A stretch of DNA of 64,000 nucleotides from Chlorokybus atmophyticus. Its lineage: Eukaryota > Plantae > Mesostigma and Chlorokybus algae. Below the pieces are notes generated by a model, which was not told the origin of the DNA, did no database searches, and was given only the letters and a program-made list of their open reading frames with translations. This document shows, piece after piece, positions 26,966-40,389 of the stretch (its first letter is position 1; every line of letters starts with the position of its first letter). Both the position numbers and the translations under genes were made by a program. The DNA lies in the NCBI GenBank assembly GCA_009103225.1, contig RHPI01001965.1:77114-141113 (forward strand), in the 5' to 3' direction.

Positions 26966-29900
26966 ATGGCGGCTGCTGGGCTGGCGTCGGATGCCAAGAA
27001 GGACCGCAACTCTCCGTCTGCGCAAGGCGAGGTGGCTCCGGAAGCGGACAACGTCAACGGCCACAGCAGCAACACCTTCACCAACAACACAGACAACAAC
27101 AAGGAGTCTGCCCTCGTCGTTCCCGCCGCCGTTGTTGATAAGCAGGATGCTGGCACTGACGCAGAGCTTAAGCACAAGGAGCTGCTGGCTGTCAGCGTCA
27201 AGCGCGCCCATGAGGACGCCGTGCTCGAGGAGGCAGCAGCCATTCAGGTGCTGGTTACATCACATTCATCGTGCCAATGCCAACCACCCTATACCACCAT
27301 GCATTCGGTTTATCATGCAGGATTGCGCAAAATCCGTTTGAGCACGCAATGCAACAATCACGTCATGCCTGCACTGCTTCTTGCACTGCCTAAGACGTAC
27401 TGCGCTATCACACATGCTGATTTTGTGCATGTTGCATGAGTGTGTTGCGGTACGCTGTGCATGTGTGTCTGTTGGTTGGCAGTTGGTTGCAGCTGAGCCA
27501 TTCATGATGCAGGTACAAGCCGTGCAGGTCGATGCCGCATCCAAGCTTAAACCTTGGACGGACTCCACGCGCATGCGCACGCATTGGGACTATCTGCTGC
27601 AGGAGATGGCGTGGCTGGCAGCGGATTTTGCTCAGGTAGGCAACTGATCAGTTCAACCCAACATTCCTCTGGATTAATCTTGCACTGTACACAGGAGCGA
27701 ATATGGAAAATTGCTGCGGCGTCTCATTGCGCCCGCCATGCAACAACTGGGTTTACCGCGAGGTCTATGCGACGGAGGCAGCAGTTTGAGCAGAGCAAGA
27801 TTGCCTCAGGGCTGGCAGCAGCAGTACTGCACCTGTGGCAGGCTGTGGCATTAGCTGCAGCGGCGCTGCCGGAAGCTTGCATGACAGACACTGGATCTGG
27901 AAAGGAGATTGTACATACAGATCAGCCGAAACCAGCTGCTCGCAAACAGGATAACGAAGCTAATACCTGCAATTCAAGTTTTGATGTTGCTGAGGTAACA
28001 ACACTTCATGCTGTTTGTTGGACTTGACATTGCACATTAAGTCATTCTCACTAAACATCTTTGTTCTGTGCACTGTAGCAGTTGAAGAGGAAGAGCCCAG
28101 GCATTGTAGAGTACATGGAGAGGTTCCTCAAAGATCAGGCCGAGCATGATGCAGGTTGTCAACAGTCGGACTCGGCAGAGGGCCCTGCCACCCCGCAGCG
28201 CGTGTGGGAGGAGTTGCCCATCGAGCACGTGTGGGACGATGCTTCACTCCCAACAGTAAGCAAACCTGTCAATGTAATTGCGCATGGAAGTTGATAAGTG
28301 CAGCTGTGCTTCTGATTTGACTGACATGTGTATGCATGTATGTCAGGAGCCGCTGTGGTACTGCGCCCCAGACGCAGGCGATGCGTATCGCACAGCAGTT
28401 GAGGCTGCAGAGGATGCACGACGCGAGGTGTGTGTCATGGTGGAAGGTTGTTTTTGGTAGTTGTATGTTCAGAGCGTAAGGCCAGCCAGTGGTCGTTGGA
28501 GTTGTGTATGTGGAATATATACTTGTGAGTCCCAGCTGCACAGTGTGCACCTCGAGTGAACCCTGACAAATTGCGTTCGTCAGGAACACTTGCGGCAAAT
28601 GAAAGACTACTCGGATGCATTGGCTGCAGCAGAGGCGGCTGCCGATGCTGCGGCGGCAGAAGTGGAAAGGCAGGCGGCTGCAGCTGCAAGCAGTTATTGG
28701 CAATCGGCTGCGAGGGCAGGCCAAGCAGATGCACGGCGCATCGCCACGAGCACCACCTCTGCGTCGGCTGTTAAGAGCGAAGCCGCGCCGAGCACTGGCA
28801 CATCCGCTGATGAAGCAGAGAACGGCGCGAGAAGCCCCATGCTTGCGGGTGTTGGCACGAAGAAGAAGCGCAAGCAGCGCAGCGCCGGTGCCCCCCGCTT
28901 GCCGGGAGAAGCTGGCATTGTTGATGAAGTGCTGCCCAGGCTGAAGATAGAGGATGCGGCGCAGCAGCATGCTTTTCCATTCCCTTCACCAGCTGTTCAA
29001 GGCAAGCGCTCGCAGACGATCTCCGTGCTTCGCGACGCGGCTGCCGTTCATGCGGCTCCGATTCCAACAAAACGCATGCGCACGGCTTTGCATCGCAGCA
29101 CGCCCACGGGAGTGGCACCCATTGCTACCGGCATGCCCACGCCATCGCAAACACCCACAGCCGCATACACACGAACGCCGACCTCAGCACGCTCCTCTGT
29201 AGCCGCACAGGAAGGCGTGGACTTTGTCGATTCGCACCCGACCACATCGAGCTCAGCGTATGCTGAAGGCGAAGACATGGACGCCAAGCAGCAACGTCGC
29301 GACAATAAGAAGAAAAAGAAGGCCCCCACGCCAACTGCAGAGACGGCTGCTGTGGTGCCCACAGCCAACCTGTCAGCGTTTCCCGGCAAGAGGGTGGCCA
29401 CAAAGGTAAGGCCCACACCACATGCAATATATGCAAGCAGCAGCATCTCGTGCCTGAACTCTCTTGTTTTTGTCAGCACGTGCAGTTGCGAACTCCAGCG
29501 CAGCCGCAGTCCGCGGATGCTTTGGAGGTACAGCGAGACATGAAGCCACCTTTGCATGTGAGTACAATCATCATCAAAATCACACACAACATTAGTTGGG
29601 CAGCTGTGTGCACCTTAAGGGCATAAAGCCCCGCTTACACAGGGTCGCGTCTGGTCTAATTTCTTGTGTCCACCGATAAAACGCGGTCAGACGCAATGAG
29701 ATCGCCGAAAATTGGTTGCGTTTCAGCCGCGTCACGTCCGTTGAAATGTAACGCGAAGTCAAAACGTACAGCTAACCGCAGCCACAGCTAGCGGCTAATA
29801 TGTGTGACCGAGGCTTAAGCAGCGGGTCTCATTGTGAGTGCATTTGATGTTGCTGCAGGATGTCAAGCTTGAGAAAGCGCCAAGTGCGGCCTTTCCAGGC

Positions 29901-32900
29901 AGGAAAGCAGCAGAGGACGCGCATCGAGCAGCCGTGCAAGCTGCTGAACTTGGTACAGTGCCAGCAGCCTTTCGCATGCACAGTTGACAACATTGCTTGA
30001 CATGCCGCGTTTCGAACTCAGCGGCTGACAAGAGGAACATTATTGCTGGCAAGCGTGCGCAGCAACGCGATCGCAACAACAAACAGCGCGCGAAAGAAAA
30101 GGTATGACATCACCGAATTTGCCATGGTGGCATCTGCAATATCTATTCATTGATTGTAATTGACCAGGTTGCACCTGCTCTGCCGGTTGTTGGCGGGCCA
30201 ACCCCGTGGACAGCTGCGGAAGATCAGGTGAGTGTCGCTTTGTGGATGATGGTTGTTGCAGCGCGTCGGATGTGCAAATGGTTAAATCCCCTATGATGGG
30301 CCTGCTTTGGAATCCATGTTAATTTTCACATCGCAATTCTGCAGGTGTTGCTTGCGATAGTGTCTGAGTTTACCAATAATTGGGCATTGGTCAGCGATGT
30401 GCATAATGCCGGCACTGGCCTAAAGGTGCGTGCGTGCCTTGATTGCAACATGCACTGGAAGTTTTAGCCGGGGCGTTTGAGTCTCAGCGTTTGGGTTGCA
30501 GGGCGTCTTCCGCACACCACAGCAGTGTCAGCAGCGGTTCATGCAACTTGCCAGTGGCGACAAAGATCAGACAGAAGAGACTGCTGTTGCAACCTTGCAG
30601 ATAACAAAGGTTTTCCACTGCAATTGCTTTTTGTGCCACTCGTGAGAACATCACAACACTAGTGTTGTATTGTGGCGCATTGTGACTTGATTCGTGTGCA
30701 GAATCAAGCAAGAGCTGTGCTGCATAGCGCCACACCTCTTGACGATGATCAGTTGCGAGGTCACATTGACAAAATCAACCATGTCATGGCGAAGCACAAA
30801 GCCCGCAAACTTCAGGTCTGTTTTCTCCGGTGGATAGGACAATGTTGGAAATATGACGCACAACTAATTGTGTGGCATTAAATGTAGATGGATCGCCATG
30901 ACGCCAACGACAGGCGCTCCACCATCCATCCCTCACATGCACATGCAGCCGGCCTTGCTGGCAACGCCGGCACAACTGTCCTCAGGTGATGTGCCCTGCA
31001 TAGTGTGGAGTCTTATCCAAGGTTCGCCAATACAAATGATGTTCGCTGAATGTGTATCGCGTTGGCAGTCCCATTGACTTGAGTGAGCAAGATTTGGCTG
31101 GGCCGGATGCGTTGGGAGGCGGTGCGGGTGGTGCCGGGACAATCGGGACGATGTCGCTTCCAGGCTCCATGGCTGGTGGCGCCGGAGGTATTGGCAGCGG
31201 TAATCTTGCAGACATCCTCCCGCCAGATCCTCGTGCGCTTGGTGTTGCTGCCCCCGGCAGCCTGAGCCCCGCGGCTGCCGCTGCTCTCTATGGCAAGGGA
31301 GTCCCCAACCCTGCCATGTTCGGGTATGCGCAACTTGGAGAGAGTTCGCATGCACGTGTGTGTGCGCGTGCTTGTGTTTGTGTGTCACAACCAGCATAAG
31401 GTTGATGAGCTTTGCGCACAGGGACCCTCAACTGGCTCAGGCGGCTCAGCAGCAGGCGCAGTTGCGTGCTCTCCGCAACGCGCAAGTGGCTCAACAGCAG
31501 CAGCAGCAAGTGGCGGCACTTAAGGCAAGGCAGCAGGCGCAGATCGGGCGCATGGCTGGAGCCGGGTCGATACCCAACATGGACTCCGCTATGGCCGTTG
31601 CACTCTCCCTCAACAACGGAAAAGCCGGCATCAGCGGTGACCCGTCCGGGCTTGTCAACAATCCGCTCTCCGGCACCATGGCTGGCATGCTGCCCCGCGC
31701 AGGCAGCATCATGCCCGGGACAACAGGCGCAGCTAGTGTGAGTGCCACACCAACATTGCACATGTTGCTGCCTTGATTGTTGTGTGTCATTTGTTGATGT
31801 GATGTGGGGCTGTTCCAACGGCAGGTGCAACAGCGGCAGCAGCTGCTGGCTCAATTACAGAGCGCCAACCAAGGCACAGCGCTGCAGAATCAGACGGCGG
31901 CTCAACAGCTGCAGCAACATGTTGGGGGTACGGGCGTGAGGCCACCTTCAGCACCACAACAGTCACGGCCTCTGTCACGCCAACAGCGCATGCCGGCGAA
32001 GCAACTGCAGGTGCAGCAGACAGCAGGAGGCCCAGCTGTCCAATACCAAGGCGTGATGGGTTTCGGCGCGAGCGGGCAGAAGGGCGCTTCGCTCCCGTAC
32101 ATGCAACAGAGGCCGGGCTCGGCTGGCAGCATTGGCGCTGGTGTTGGCGTGCATCAGATGGGCCGCGTGCCCACGCCGCAAAATCTGCCTGCGGCAGCTG
32201 GACGACCCACCACACCGCTGCAGGCGGCGTCCATGCAGACACTGGCAGCCATGACGATGCCGTCGGCAATGCCTCCGCTGCCTCCTTCCCCCACGCAACC
32301 CGGCAATGCCGGCAACATGCCCTCCATGCTCTCGATGCCCCTGCAGTACACTCTGCAACAGGTGAGAATGGCACTTGTTGCACTGACACTGAGATGTTGG
32401 TCATCACTTGTTCAATTGGTTGCTGACTTGGTTCTGGCTCATGTGCAGCTTTGTGCAACAGCTATTGCACAGGGCTACAAATGGATGCGTGCACTGTCCC
32501 ATCAGCATTTTCTGCCTTGGGTGTTGACCATTTGCACAATGTGTCTCCACTTGCTCATGCTTCTTTGTCGTGTCATGTAGAGGCAAGCAGCAGCGGCGAA
32601 TGCAGCGGCGCAGCTGACTCAGAAGCAGCAGCCCCACATGGCGCAGAAGGTGCCGCAGCCCACAACACTCGCAAGCCACCAGCTGCAGCCGCCGGTATCA
32701 CCGCAGCCCCCCGCGCCCAAGTCCCCCTCACTGCTCGCGCGCTCCCCGGCCCAACAAAGCTGGGCTCAGCTGCCGCCCACGGGGGCAACCATGCCCGTGA
32801 GGGTGTCAACACCGCCGCTGCAATCGCAGATACCCGTCGCGACCATCGCCACTGCACCCATCCCAACAACAGCAGCAAGCAAGGCGTTGATCCCGCCGGG

Positions 32901-32970
32901 GCCAGCTGGCAGCACAGCAGCTGTGAGTGCAGCCGCATTAGACAAGGATGCCACTGGTGGTGGCAGCTAA
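26966..32970 (+). CDS. EAF1: EAF1-like NuA4 scaffold subunit (HSA domain, SANT/Myb domain, Q/P-rich C-terminus)
   Basis: HSA: RTHWDYLLQEMAWLAADFAQ|ERIWK. SANT across three exons: PWTAAEDQ|VLLAIVSEFTNNWALVSD...LK|GVFRTPQQCQQRF. Long low-complexity Q/A/P tail ending at 32970. Confidence 0.85.
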
Positions 32971-33755
32971 GGCGCGCACGTGTTGTTGTTGAGTTTGCAG
33001 TTGTAGTGGTGATGCGGTAAGCGGCCTTTGCAGGCGGCTTACCGCATGCGTTGTAAGTTAGTCAAGTTAGTCAAGGAAGCTCTGTCCGTGCCCTCACGAG
33101 GGTGTGCGGTGGGCATCAGGGGAGCGCAGGGTGTAGCCTGAGGTACATAGAGCTAACGGTGCTGTATGTATATGTACATTCAAACATTCATCATGACCTG
33201 TACAATTCCATGCGCTTTGTGCCTGGTGGTCGCAGTGCTACATGTTAGAAACTTGAAGTACAAATTCTTTCCGCAGATGTAGAGTAAGAGACAAACTAAG
33301 ACTTGCTAGCCAACCAGGTAATACAACTGTCGTAATGAGCGCGTACGCTGGCCATTGTGTGCACATCGAGCAAAGGCAGGTGGAGGGTGGCAAGTGACAG
33401 CAATTTGCCTTGATGTGAAACACTCCGCAAAATAAGTCAACATGCACTGGGCCAAACCCGAATAGCTAATTATTACTGAGATGATGGTGCACAAACCAGC
33501 GTGCACGCGCGTAGAAAGAGACAGGGACAGTGGTGAGGGCAAGAGCTGCTTTGCAACCAACTAGTAGGACGCACAACACAGCATGTGTTTCCATCTGTGA
33601 GTGTGGCTGAGACGGATGTTTCCCACTGTGTGTGGCATATATCTCTTCTCGAGGCTATACAATACCAGACAGGTTGGACATAGCAAGCTTTATGCGAGCC
33701 CCGAGCTCATGGATTCAACCCGTCCCGCTGCCATTTCCTGGTTGACACTGTTCTG

Positions 33756-34529
33756 CTACTCTCTTCCCGCTCTCCTCACGCTGGTGGTGCGCCACTTCCC
33801 CCGCGCGTCGTACCCGCCGACCGCGACGTTGCCGCCGCCCATGCGGTGCTCACCGCCGCGACCACACGGCCGGTTGCTGAGGAACGGCCCGCTGTAGCTG
33901 CTGCCGTCACGCAGAAGCCAGGAACCCTTGAGCAGGGAACCTCCAGCCCAATCGCCAACAAACTGCACACACGCCAAGTTGAGGCAGAGCCATACATACA
34001 CACACACGCACACGCACACGAACACGCACACGCACACGCACACACATATTCACACGCACACCATAACACGCGCATCCGCAGGCACAAGTTGGCTTGCTTA
34101 CTTGGGACATGGAGTGCGCAAAGAAGTAGGAGCCATGGCCGCTCTTTCGGTCGGCCACCCAGCCACCAAGGTACACGTCGCTGGTTCCCGGGTATGTGTA
34201 CCTTCCTTCCCCGGACCTCCGCCCATTCTCCCAATTACCTACACGAGAACATGATGTGAGAACCAACATACAATATTCTACCAAAACATCAACCATTTGC
34301 TCACCCTCGTATTTGCCGCCATCTGGGTACGTCATGGTGCCCTGTCCATGTCGCAGATTGTCCTTGTACTCGCCCTCATAGACGCCACCCGCTGCTCCTC
34401 CCCCCTCCTTCTCACCGTCTCCTTCCCCCTCCTCTCCCTCGGCAGACGCCCACGTGTAACGCCCACGCCCCTCGCGCCTCCCATTTACATACACACCTTG
34501 ATAAAGGATAGTATCAGGGAGGTAGTTGA

Positions 34530-34570
<41 letters not shown>

Positions 34571-34854
34571 TCACATTCTCACCTGTAAAGGTGTCGCCGC
34601 TGGGGAACTTGGCGGTGCCCGAGCCGTGTGGGATGCCGTCTTGGAGGGGACCATCCCACTCCTGATGCAAATTGACATGTGTGAGATTGATTGGCCAAGA
34701 TAGGTGACCTTCAACAACGATTGCTGTTGTTGTGTGTTGCATAAATGGAACGACTCAGTGAAAAATAAACGCAACATGGAGTGCAACATGGAGAAAAGAC
34801 ACGCAGTGTCCTTACCACCACTGGCTGAACCTCCTCCTCACCCTCGTCCGCCAT
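33756..34854 (-). CDS. RSP10: MORN-repeat flagellar radial spoke head protein, RSP10/RSPH1-like
   Basis: MADEGEEEVQPVV|EWDGPLQDGIPHGSG, then multiple MORN repeats (YEGEYKDNLRHGQGTMTYPDG; GNWENGRRSGEGRYTY) and QFVGDWAGG..GSW...DGS. The layout resembles Chlamydomonas RSP10 as I recall it. Confidence 0.75.
34533..34568. repeat. (TG)n microsatellite in an RSP10 intron
   Basis: Direct reading of the sequence. Confidence 0.95.
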
Positions 34855-35912
34855 GATCCTCCTCCTTCAACCACGCACTCAAACTCCTTCTGCCCCGATT
34901 TATTGCCCCCGCTGTGCCTCCAACTTCTGCTCGTCCTCGTCCTCGCCCTCCTTCTCCTCCTCGCCGCCGTCGCCGTCGCCGCCGCGCTTTGAGCGGAAAA
35001 CCCAAAATTAGCCTGCAGAGCGGAGTGCGTGCACGTGGCATCCACGCACAACGGCACAAGCGCACAAACCATAAACATGTTTTGCTTCCAACACGCGGAT
35101 GTGATCGTGTGTGATGACTGTTGAGGAATGCTGACTAAGCTTAGCCGGCTTAATCAGCCGTTACTGAGCATTACACAGCCGCTTGGCTAAGTCGTCTGGC
35201 ACAGACCGACTGATATCGGTCAACACTATTAATCGTCGTCATATTGTGCGGGCTTCGCCCATTCTTGTACCAAATCGACCGGACAGTCAACGGACAATAA
35301 CCACTTAAGCTGCTCTGTCCCGCCACGCATGTCTCATGTACCATAAACCCTAATCGGCGGCGGTTGCCGCCGTGGCGGTGGCGGCGACGGAGGCGGCGGC
35401 GTGGGGAGTCTTGTCGTCGCCGCCGAGGCCATAGACGACCTACACAAGTGGCTTGCCGAAGCGGTGGACTGTGCCAGCATGAATTGACGCTGCAATCGAC
35501 TCGGTAGGGTTGCGGGGCGTGTTCTTACAGAAGCAATGTGCTTTGCTGCCAGTGCGATCATGAGCATCGCTTGATATTATTGTTCATGCTGGCGTGGTGT
35601 CTTGCGTAGTATAGGTGTAACGGCTGTAAGCTACATTGTCTACCTTGCAGGAATAGGCACAACAACAACATCAACGACAACAACATTTGCATAGGCACAA
35701 CAACAACAACAAGAACAACATTTGCATGGGCAACAATGGCTGCATGTTTGTCTCGCCGTACACGAAGCGTCAACTTATCAAGCATACGTACATATGGCGT
35801 TGAAGTCGCACTACATGCCATACACATCCTGAGACAGCGCTGCATGATAGGGTTGCATTCAGCTCACTTGCTTGCATTACCTACCAGATAAACACAATCT
35901 CTTTCTACACAG

Positions 35913-38900
35913 ATGGGCAGTCATGGGGCCAGGAGCGACAATGGTCGTGGAGACGATGAGGACGCCATTGCCATGCAGGCGTTGCGCCCAACAACGACAA
36001 TGCCAATGTCAACCGCAAGCACGTCAGCACCAACATCACCGACCACGCGAACAACAGCCACACCGCGCCATCATCAACACGCAGTTGACAATGCGGATGG
36101 CAGCTTCAATGCTGTGTCCACATATGCAACCAGATGGCAGGCAAGGTTTTCTACATTCAACTTTAACTTGCTTTGTGTTGTTAAAATGCGCGGTGTTGTT
36201 GTTGTTGATGGTTTATGGGTCGATGTTGTCTTTCTTCAATTTCAGAAGTGGAAGGGTACGTTACGTGTTGTGTGGAGATCGTTAAAGAGGAAAGCTGCTG
36301 GCAAGCAACCCACAAGTGTAGAAAGCAGACGCCGAGCCGAGAGGTGAAAAGCTAGGTTCCTAAGGAAGTCGACCTAAAGCTGTCTGCCTGTCATCCGTCT
36401 GTTATTGTGTATGTGTGTGTGCGCGCACATGCGCATACACCCAGAAAGATGAATAAAAGCGCTTGTGCACACACACGCGTAGGGAGATGCACATGTGCTC
36501 GTGTGCGTGTGTGCGTATCGTGGAACCGACATCTTACCCAAAGGACTTCATGTCTGTGTTGCATTTCCCCTCACCACAATACGCACATGCAGGCGGAGGT
36601 GGATAGCCGTAGCGTGCGGGCCACTTGCATTTGTAGTGGCGTGGGCGGCCTTCCATGAAGCCGCTGAGGAGAGTGGCAACCCCACCGCAGCCCGCATGCT
36701 CGCCCTCGTTGCCTGGATGGCCGTTTGGTGGCTTACCGAGGTGCATATGTTAGGTGCTCTTCTCACAAGCATGTTGAAATGTTGCCTGTGTCACCAACAT
36801 TGTCGCTGTTGTGCTCCAGTCTGTGCCAATGGCGGTGACAGCGCTGCTGCCGGCAGCAATGTTGCCCCTCCTTGGCGTGGAGTCTGCGCAGGACGCCTCG
36901 AGCGCGTACTTCAACCCCACAATCACCCTCTTTATAGGCGCATGCTTTCTTGCCAATGCCATTGAGCGGTGAGCGTGTGTTCACTTGCGCATGTGCACAC
37001 AAAGTCCACCTGGGGTTATATTGAAACTCATCTTACAGGTGGGGTGCACACAAGAGGGTTGCTCTTTGCCTCTTGATGCTACTTGGTGGCCGTCCACGCT
37101 TGTTGCTTCTTGGTTTCATCTCATCCACCGCCCTTTTGTCCATGTTCATCTCCAACTCCGCCACATGTGTCATGTAAGTCAACATGTTGTATCCTTGAGC
37201 CATTGTCGAGTAATGTAAGCATGAGACAGAGAGGGTGCTTACGCTTGCAGGGTGGTGCCGATGGCAGTGGCGTTGTTGGAAAAGTTGAGGGCGGACTTGT
37301 TGGGCGATGATGCGCGCGTGGCTGACGGCCAGGACGATGAGGACATCAACGGCGACGATGATGGAGATGCCCCTTTGCTCTCTCCCAGCAGACAACCCAA
37401 CGGCGACATCGAGCACACCCACAACGATGACAGCACCGCTGCCAGTGTAGAAGTAGAAGAGCCCCCGCACACCAAACTGTATGACCTCACGGCCGCAGAC
37501 TTCAAGTTGTTCTCAAGAGGGGTATGATGGTTGTTTGTCGGATGCTCCATGGGAGTAAACATTACATCACATTACAAAGTTGCTTATACAAAGTCATATG
37601 CAGGTTGTCCTCTCAGTTGCTTACGCTGCCAGCATTGGCGGGATGGCCACTCTGACTGGCACAGTAAGCAGCCAATGTGCACAGCTCCCCTTTGGCATTG
37701 ATTTATGACCGTGAATAACTCACTGGCTTGCTCGCGTTTGCAATGCAGGGCACAAACCTGATTCTGGCGGGAGTCTGGAGCTCCCTTTTCCCGACCCTGC
37801 CACAGATATCGTTCCTGCAGTTTGCGGCCTTCGCTTTCCCGCTCTCTCTTACCTTCCTAGCCATCCTGTGGCTGCTCGCCTGCCGCCGCTTCTGCCCGCC
37901 CGCCACAGAGGCCGCCATGGCACGCGCACTCGACGGCGCTGTCATCAGCGCCCAGTACCATGAGCTTGGTATGCGCCACATACAAGGATGGGGGCCAACG
38001 CAGATAATCTGATTGCTTGTCTCTCGTATGCATGTTTTGTGCGTGCGCGCGAGTGCATATGCTTGTGTGAGAGTGTGTGCTCATGGGTGCTCTTTAAGAA
38101 TGCAAGCGTGTGTGATGACCACCATTCCTTCAATGCAGGTCCGATGTCGTTTGCCGAGAAGGTGGTCATGATTGACTTTGTGGTGGGTAATGCTCTCATA
38201 CATGTTGAGTGCCTTTTCTCTTGCATGTTGTAATGACTCGCGCTGCATGCTGATGGTGTCGGCCGTGTACTTTTCAGGTGTTGGCCACGCTGTGGCTCAC
38301 ACGCGACCTTCGCTTCCTTGGCGGCTTGCCTGGCTGGGGAGTGCTTTTTGGGCATGATGGTCACCTCATCTCCGACGGCACTGTAGCAGTGCGTTTGTTT
38401 CTTCATGCATTACATATTGCTGTGCAGTGTTGTTGCGTGTGTCTACGTCTATGCATGTATCAACGTTGTTACTCTGCCGTTATGCAGATACTGATGGGGA
38501 CAGTGCTGTTTTTTATCCCGGCGCGCGTTGCAACGCCACCCCCTGCGCCCAAGACTGCGGTGTCAACTTTGCAAGACAACGGCCACCGCATTGATGACAC
38601 CATAGACATGGACGCTGAGGCACGCGCCAACCCCGAGAACTGCAACGACTATGGCAACAACCCCCAGTCGGAAAGATGTGTTATGATTATGGACTGGGAG
38701 ACCTGCAGACATCGCCTTCCATGGGACATTGTTTTGCTGCTGGGCGGAGGTACAACTAGAGTTGCATTGTAGCCAGTGTGCTTGTGTGTGTGCATGCCTG
38801 CGTGTGTGAGGGTGAGAGAATGTGCGTCTGTGCATGTGCGCATGGGCGTGCACCCACGTGCGTGTGCGCTTGCACGAGTGTGCATGCGTTTGTATGGCCT

Positions 38901-39673
38901 ATTGTATTGAGCACCACGAATGTCTGATAGGTTTTGCTTTGTCGAGCGGTGCAAAGGAGAGCGGGTTGACGTCGCTGATAGCGGAGGAGCTTGGGGGTTT
39001 GTCGAAGCTGCCGCTGTTTCTGCTGCCGGGCGCGGTAGCCTTCCTTGTCACACTCGTCACGGAATTCTTCTCCAACACCGCCACCATCACCATCTTCCTC
39101 CCCCTCCTCGCGAACCTCGCCCTCGCCGCACACCGACACCCTCTCCTCCTTATGCTGCCCGGTATGACGCAATTTGCTAAAACGAATCACGTTAACTTGA
39201 ACTCATATACCGTCAAGTTCAGCTGCTTACGGCTGACCGGACGGTTGTCGATGATTTACTTGAATGGAACATTTGCTATGGGCTACAAGCTACAGCATAT
39301 AGAGCACAACTTCCTGCACGGGTGTTGACGTACTGTCCTGTTATGGCAGCCACGTTAGCTTCCTCGCTCGCTTTCATGCTGCCAATATCGACGCCACCCA
39401 ACGCCATCGCATTTGGGACGGGTTACGTAAGCATGGCGTCGATGGCAGTCACGGGCTTCGTGCTCAACGTGTTGGGCGTCATACTCATCACGCTGTTCAC
39501 GCCCACACTAGGTATGCGCTGACGTGGTGTTTGGTTGCTTGTGGGCACACTTCTCATCGTGCCGGTGTAAAGAGCGTCTGGCATGCTGGCGTGTTGACAT
39601 GCTTTTTCTGATGTTGGCAGGCAACTGGGTGTTCGGCCTAAACACATTTCCAGAAGTGTTGGATCCACATTAG
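35913..39673 (+). CDS. SLC13/DASS family di/tricarboxylate or sulfate transporter, similar to the plant tonoplast dicarboxylate transporter
   Basis: WMAVWWLTE|..VPMAVTALLP, LSMFISNSAT, AYAASIGGMATLTGT|GTNL, LPWDIVLLLGGG|FAL, TEFFSNTAT, SLAFMLPISTPPNAIAF; stop at 39673. The start codon is uncertain. Confidence 0.9.
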
Positions 39674-40269
39674 TTGTTAGTAATGTTGAAGCACATCATT
39701 CCAAAGGTTGTGTGCGCTATGTTTTGTTGTAGGTTAGCTATTGTATCAACGAGATTACTGCTATTGAGTTGTTGTAATATACTAGCGTGTGCGGGGATGC
39801 TGCCGTTTTGACCGCCACCTATCCGTCAACAGTGATTGCTCTGCAAGGTATTGCGTACATTTGCAGTGTTGGTCACCATGCAGGGTATGGCAAGGCATAT
39901 TTAGGCATGTCCAGGTGTGGCTGATGCAAGAGAGCACACCAAACCACACAAACTCACACAAGCAGCAAGCAGACAGAATATATGATTGTTGTTTTGTTGG
40001 GACAATGTGGTTGCAATATGTTCAGTGGTCAAGCAACCAACGCCACAGGTAGCTGTGCGTGCTCGCGAGAGACAGACGCAGCAGACATATGCGCCTTTAA
40101 CAACAGCGGTTGTTTGTAGCAAATGCAAAGCACGTGTAGTAAGTAGATAGCATGTAGGCGCCTTGCCCCGGTGGTCGATTTGGTGAGTGTTTGTGGTGTT
40201 GGTTACATTGCATGTGCACATAGGTTGTCATGTGAATTCCCCTCTTACATCTTTTGTACTCACGTGCAC

Positions 40270-40389
40270 TTGCATGTCCCTGCAGCGACGACGTGTACTG
40301 GAGCAAAGCACACGAGTGTGGAACAATATGTTGCATGTCCCTGCAGCGACGACGTGTACTGGAGCAAAGCACATGAGTGTGGACAATAT
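40270..40389. repeat. Two-copy direct tandem repeat, period 61 bp
   Basis: ttgcatgtccctgcagcgacgacgtgtactggagcaaagcac.gagtgtgg.acaatat occurs at 40270 and again at 40331. Confidence 0.95.

Noticed and set aside
34895-35000. Acidic Gly/Glu/Asp reading frame upstream of RSP10 on the minus strand
   Set aside because: It is bounded by stops with no ATG or usable splice entry, so it is most likely a purine-rich 5' UTR.
40270-40389. Tandem repeats as a CRISPR-like array
   Set aside because: There are only two adjacent copies with no unique spacers, no cas genes, and the context is eukaryotic.
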